DNA from: Armatimonadota bacterium
GTDB lineage: Bacteria > Sysuimicrobiota > Sysuimicrobiia > Sysuimicrobiales > Humicultoraceae
DNA: 64,000 nucleotides
Assembly (NCBI GenBank): GCA_052386995.1
Contig: JBQTJP010000110.1
Coordinates: 50,730-114,729 of the forward strand
Direction of reading: 5' to 3'
Shown here: piece by piece, positions 60,367 to 64,000 of the stretch
Numbering within the stretch: position 1 is the first letter of the stretch
Layout: each line of letters starts with the position of its first letter
Notes under the pieces: model-generated
Told to the model about the DNA's origin: nothing
The model's database searches: none
What the model saw: the letters and a program-made list of their open reading frames with translations, nothing else
Translations under genes and position numbers: made by a program

Positions 60367-60391
60367 GCACGTTCGTCGTATTTCATCCTCC

Positions 60392-61528
60392 ATGCTGCGC
60401 TATCTTACGGCGGGAGAATCACACGGTCGCGCGCTGGTGGCGACCATCGAGGGTCTGCCGGCCGGGCTGCCTCTCGAGGAAGACTACATCAACGCGCAGA
60501 TGGCGCGCCGGCAGTTTGGGTACGGCCGCGGCGGCCGGATGCAAATCGAGCAGGACCAGGCCGAGATCGTCTCGGGGGTCATCCGCGGCGAGACGATCGG
60601 TGCGCCCGTGGCGTTGTGGATCGGCAACCGCGACTGGCGCAAAGACGAGCCCGATATCACGCGGCCGCGGCCCGGGCACACCGATCTGGTCGGCGCGCTG
60701 AAGTACGGATTCGATGACGTCCGACGGGTGCTGGAGCGCTCGAGCGCCCGCGAGACCGCGGCGCGGGTCGCGGTCGGCGCGATCTGCCGCCGGCTGCTCG
60801 AAGAGTTCGGGGTCCGGCTCTTCAGCCACGTGACCGACATCGGCGGGGAAGCGATTCGGGCGTGGCCGGAACGATGGGAGGACATTCCCGCCCTCGCGGA
60901 GGCGTCGGCCGTCCGCTGCGTGGATCCCGAGGCCGAGACCCGGATGAAAGCCGCCATCGATGCCGCCGGGGCCCGCGGGGACACGCTGGGCGGCGTGTTC
61001 GAAGTGGTCGCCACCGGCCTGCCCCCCGGACTGGGATCATACGTGCACTGGGACCGCAAGATCGACGCGCGCCTCGCCGCGGCGCTCATCTCCATCAACG
61101 CGGTGAAGGGCGTGGAGTTCGGATTGGGATTCGAGGTTGCGCGCACGCCGGGCAGCCGGGCGCACGACGAGATTTTCTACGACCCGGCGCGCGGATTCTA
61201 CCGTGAGACGAACCGCTCGGGAGGGATCGAGGGCGGGACGACCAGTGGCGATCCTCTGGTGGCGCGGGCCGCGATGAAGCCGCTCTCCACGCTGCGGACA
61301 CCGCTGCGCTCGGTGGATCTGCGCACGAAGGAGGTCGTCGAGGCGGTGGTCGTGCGGAGCGACGTGTGTGCGGTGCCGGCGGCGGGCGTCATCGGCGAAG
61401 CCATGGCGGCATATGTGCTGGCCGATGCATTTCTCGAGAAGTTCGGTGGTGACGCGATCGCGCACATCCGCCGCGCCTACGAGCAGTTCGTCGTCGAGGC
61501 GCGGCGCACCCCGCAGGCGTCGGGGTAG
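60392..61528 (+). CDS. aroC: Chorismate synthase
   Basis: TAGESHG, PRPGHTD, ERSSARETA, GGIEGG, RSD. Confidence 0.97.
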   Translation: MLRYLTAGESHGRALVATIEGLPAGLPLEEDYINAQMARRQFGYGRGGRMQIEQDQAEIVSGVIRGETIGAPVALWIGNRDWRKDEPDITRPRPGHTDLVGALKYGFDDVRRVLERSSARETAARVAVGAICRRLLEEFGVRLFSHVTDIGGEAIRAWPERWEDIPALAEASAVRCVDPEAETRMKAAIDAAGARGDTLGGVFEVVATGLPPGLGSYVHWDRKIDARLAAALISINAVKGVEFGLGFEVARTPGSRAHDEIFYDPARGFYRETNRSGGIEGGTTSGDPLVARAAMKPLSTLRTPLRSVDLRTKEVVEAVVVRSDVCAVPAAGVIGEAMAAYVLADAFLEKFGGDAIAHIRRAYEQFVVEARRTPQASG

Positions 61529-61538
61529 TCGGCACCCG

Positions 61539-62117
61539 GTGCTGACGATCGTCGGGCGACGCGTGCATCTGCGCGAGTTCCGCGCGGCCGACGCCCGCTG
61601 GCTGGCCCGGGCCATGCGCAAGGGGACGTGGTGGCGGTGGGACGCGCCATGGGAAGGACCCCCCGCGCCGGCAGAACTCAGACGGCTGCCGACGCTGCTT
61701 GGGCTCATTGCCCGCGAGCGAGTGCAGCCTCCACGCCGCATGGTCATCGAGACGCGCGCGGCGTCGCCCATCGGCTCGGTGTCCCGATACTGGGTGGACG
61801 AGCGTACCCAATGGCTCGAGGTGGGCATTGCCCTCTACGAATCGCGGCACTGGAACAAAGGCTACGGGTCCGAAGCGCTTGCGCTGTGGATCGATCATCT
61901 CTTTGATGGCCTCGCCCTCCGTCGAGTCGGACTCCGGACCTGGGGAGGCAACCGGCGGATGATCCGGGTCGCCCGCGGGCTGGGGTTTCAACAGGAAGCC
62001 AGGTTCCGCGAGGCCGCGCTGGTGGGGAGGCGCGTATACGACCGCCTGGCCTTCGGCCTCCTGCGGCGCGAGTGGCGGCGCGCCCGCACCCGCTGGCGGG
62101 CGATGGGCCCGGCGTGA
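61539..62117 (+). CDS. GNAT acetyltransferase (RimJ/RimL-like)
   Basis: VHLREF, WNKGYGSEAL, NRRMIRVARGLGFQQE. Confidence 0.85.
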   Translation: MLTIVGRRVHLREFRAADARWLARAMRKGTWWRWDAPWEGPPAPAELRRLPTLLGLIARERVQPPRRMVIETRAASPIGSVSRYWVDERTQWLEVGIALYESRHWNKGYGSEALALWIDHLFDGLALRRVGLRTWGGNRRMIRVARGLGFQQEARFREAALVGRRVYDRLAFGLLRREWRRARTRWRAMGPA

Positions 62118-62118
62118 G

Positions 62119-63717
62119 GTGAGCGCGCTGCGCGCCGTTCTCCTGATCGGCCTGATGGGTTCGGGGAAGAGCCAGGTGGGCAGCGCCCTGGCACGCCGGC
62201 TGGGATGGCGCTTCGTGGATACTGATGCGGAGATCGTGGCGCGCGACGGTCGGCCGATCTCGGCAATCTTCCGCGAGAGCGGGGAGGCGCACTTTCGCGC
62301 AATCGAAGAGGAGGTCGTGCGGGACGCCAGCCGGCGCGCGCAGACGGTCATCGCGACGGGCGGGGGGGCGATCCTTTCGTCCGCGAACCGTCGCCGGATG
62401 AAACGCGCGGGCCCGCTTGTGTATCTCAAGGCCCCCATAGATATTCTCCTCGACCGTCTCGGCGAGGATGCCGGCCGGCCGCTGCTCGGCGACAATCCGC
62501 GCGCAGCACTCGAGCGGCTCCAGAGCGAACGCGAAGCACTCTACGAAGACGGCAGCATCGTCGTCGATGCCGCGCGCGAGGTGGATGCCGTGACAGACGC
62601 GATCCTGGCCCGGCTCGCGGTCCTGCGGCGAACCGTGCGCGTCGATCTCGGCCCCCGCGCGTACGATGTGGCAATCGGCGCAGGGGCGATGGCACTGCTC
62701 GGCTACGATCTCGCGCGCCTCGGCGCGGCAGGACGGGTGGCCATCATTACTCACCGCTCCCTCGAGCGGCGGTTTGGCGCTCGGGTCGGCGGCGCACTCC
62801 AGGGCTTCGGTTATGAGACCCGGACGCTCACCGTGCCGGAAGGTGAGCGCGCGAAGAGCCTGCGGGCGGCCGCCGCGCTGATCGATACGCTCGGCGCGTG
62901 GGGCCTCGATCGATCCGAGACGATCCTCGCGCTCGGCGGGGGCGTCATCGGCGATCTGGCCGGGTTCGTCGCCGGAACGTACATGCGGGGCGTGCGGCTT
63001 GTGCACGTGCCGACGACGCTCCTCGCACAGATCGACAGCAGCATCGGCGGAAAGGCCGCGGTGAATCACCCTCGGGCGAAGAACCTCATCGGCGTCTTCC
63101 ATCAGCCCGCCTTTGTGGCGGCCGACGTCGAAGTCCTGGGATCGCTTCCCGCGCGCGAACGGCAGGCCGGGCTCGCCGAAGCCGTCAAGTATGCCATGAT
63201 CCTCGACCGCGGTCTGTTCGAAGTGCTCGAACGCCTGCGGCAGGCGCGGGCGGGCCGCTGGTCGCCGGATGATCTGCAGGAGATCGTGTATCGCTGCGCG
63301 GCCCTGAAAGCCCGGGTCGTCGAACAGGATGAGTTCGAGCAGGGTCCGCGTGAGATCCTCAATTACGGACACACCGTTGGGCACGCCGTAGAGGCCGCGT
63401 CACCCGGCCGACATGTCCATGGCGAAGCGGTCGCGGTGGGGATGCGCGTCGAAGGCCAGATCGCCCATCGGCTGGGCCTGCTTTCAGAGGACGACGCGGG
63501 CCGTCAGGACGCGCTGCTCGCGGCCTTCGGTCTACCGATCGCCGTGCCTCCCGGATCGGTCGACAGCGTCCTCGATGCGATGCGTCTGGACAAGAAGCGC
63601 CGCGACGGCAGGATTCGCTGCACCCTCCCCGAAGGCATCGGCCGGGCGCGGCTGGGTGTTGAAATTTCGGAATCGCTGATGCGGGAGGTCCTGCGCGCGT
63701 GCCAAGGATCCTCGTGA
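62119..63717 (+). CDS. aroKB: Shikimate kinase / 3-dehydroquinate synthase fusion
   Basis: GLMGSGKS, GEAHFR, ATGGG; then GGGVIGDLAGF, PTTLLAQIDSSIGGK, LNYGHT. Confidence 0.95.
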   Translation: MSALRAVLLIGLMGSGKSQVGSALARRLGWRFVDTDAEIVARDGRPISAIFRESGEAHFRAIEEEVVRDASRRAQTVIATGGGAILSSANRRRMKRAGPLVYLKAPIDILLDRLGEDAGRPLLGDNPRAALERLQSEREALYEDGSIVVDAAREVDAVTDAILARLAVLRRTVRVDLGPRAYDVAIGAGAMALLGYDLARLGAAGRVAIITHRSLERRFGARVGGALQGFGYETRTLTVPEGERAKSLRAAAALIDTLGAWGLDRSETILALGGGVIGDLAGFVAGTYMRGVRLVHVPTTLLAQIDSSIGGKAAVNHPRAKNLIGVFHQPAFVAADVEVLGSLPARERQAGLAEAVKYAMILDRGLFEVLERLRQARAGRWSPDDLQEIVYRCAALKARVVEQDEFEQGPREILNYGHTVGHAVEAASPGRHVHGEAVAVGMRVEGQIAHRLGLLSEDDAGRQDALLAAFGLPIAVPPGSVDSVLDAMRLDKKRRDGRIRCTLPEGIGRARLGVEISESLMREVLRACQGSS

Positions 63718-64000
63718 TGTACGGTCCCAATCTCAACCTGCTGGGGACGCGCGAGCCACATCTCTATGGCACCATGACGCTGGAGGCGCTCAACGCCCGG
63801 ATCGGCGAGCTGGCGCGCGCGTCGGGCTTCGAGGTCGAGTTCTTTCAATCCAACCATGAAGGCGCGCTCATCGATCGCCTGCACCAGGCGCGGACGTCCT
63901 GCCAGGCCGTGGTCCTCAACCCCGGAGGCCTGGGTCACACGAGCGTGGCGCTGCGCGATGCCGTTGCCGCGATTGGCATTCCGGTGATCGAGTGCCATCT
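63699..64000 (+). CDS. aroQ: Type II 3-dehydroquinate dehydratase (partial, runs off the right edge)
   Basis: Manual translation from GTG 63699: MPRILVMYGPNLNLLGTREPHLYG...QSNHEG...LNPGGLGHTSVALRDA...IECH. Confidence 0.93.
   Translation, partial: MPRILVMYGPNLNLLGTREPHLYGTMTLEALNARIGELARASGFEVEFFQSNHEGALIDRLHQARTSCQAVVLNPGGLGHTSVALRDAVAAIGIPVIECH

Noticed and set aside
60213..60386. N-terminal extension of the MFS ORF (MKYDER...)
   Set aside because: No transporter-like sequence, no usable RBS spacing, and it coincides with the structured RNA candidate.

Overview
High-GC bacterial chromosomal window that contains the replication origin. Left to right: (1) 1-18.3 kb, a minus-strand Wzx/Wzy-type exopolysaccharide cluster running off the left edge. 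It has Wza-like, Wzc-like and BY-kinase-like genes, an RfaH/UpxY-type NusG paralog, a nucleotide-sugar dehydrogenase, two GT4s, a flippase, several methyltransferases, a deacetylase and a GNAT, plus a large secreted G8/beta-helix protein behind a c-di-GMP-I riboswitch. (2) trxB and trxA convergent, then a lexA operon with two SOS boxes. (3) A long minus-strand run: rpmH-rnpA-yidD-yidC-jag-rsmG-parA-parB (parS inside parB)-HD-DUF4446-PRTase-gcvTH-PA-PB-dehydratase. (4) A bipartite oriC with a GHKL-ATPase/wHTH gene placed between the upstream DnaA-box cluster and dnaA, then dnaA-dnaN-S4-recF-dciA-gyrB-gyrA. (5) Accessory genes: a DUF2089/DUF4097 pair, a MacB/FtsX-type ABC system whose one permease appears split with its N-half fused to an AttH-like lipocalin, a peptide ABC transporter interrupted by a GT-C-like gene, and an MFS transporter. 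(6) A candidate structured ncRNA, then aroC-GNAT-aroKB-aroQ. Gene order, Cheo-type LexA boxes and a Wza-like protein suggest a Terrabacteria lineage, possibly Armatimonadota-related (inference only). I saw no CRISPR array, rRNA, tRNA or transposase. All family calls come from recognising motifs by eye, not from database searches.
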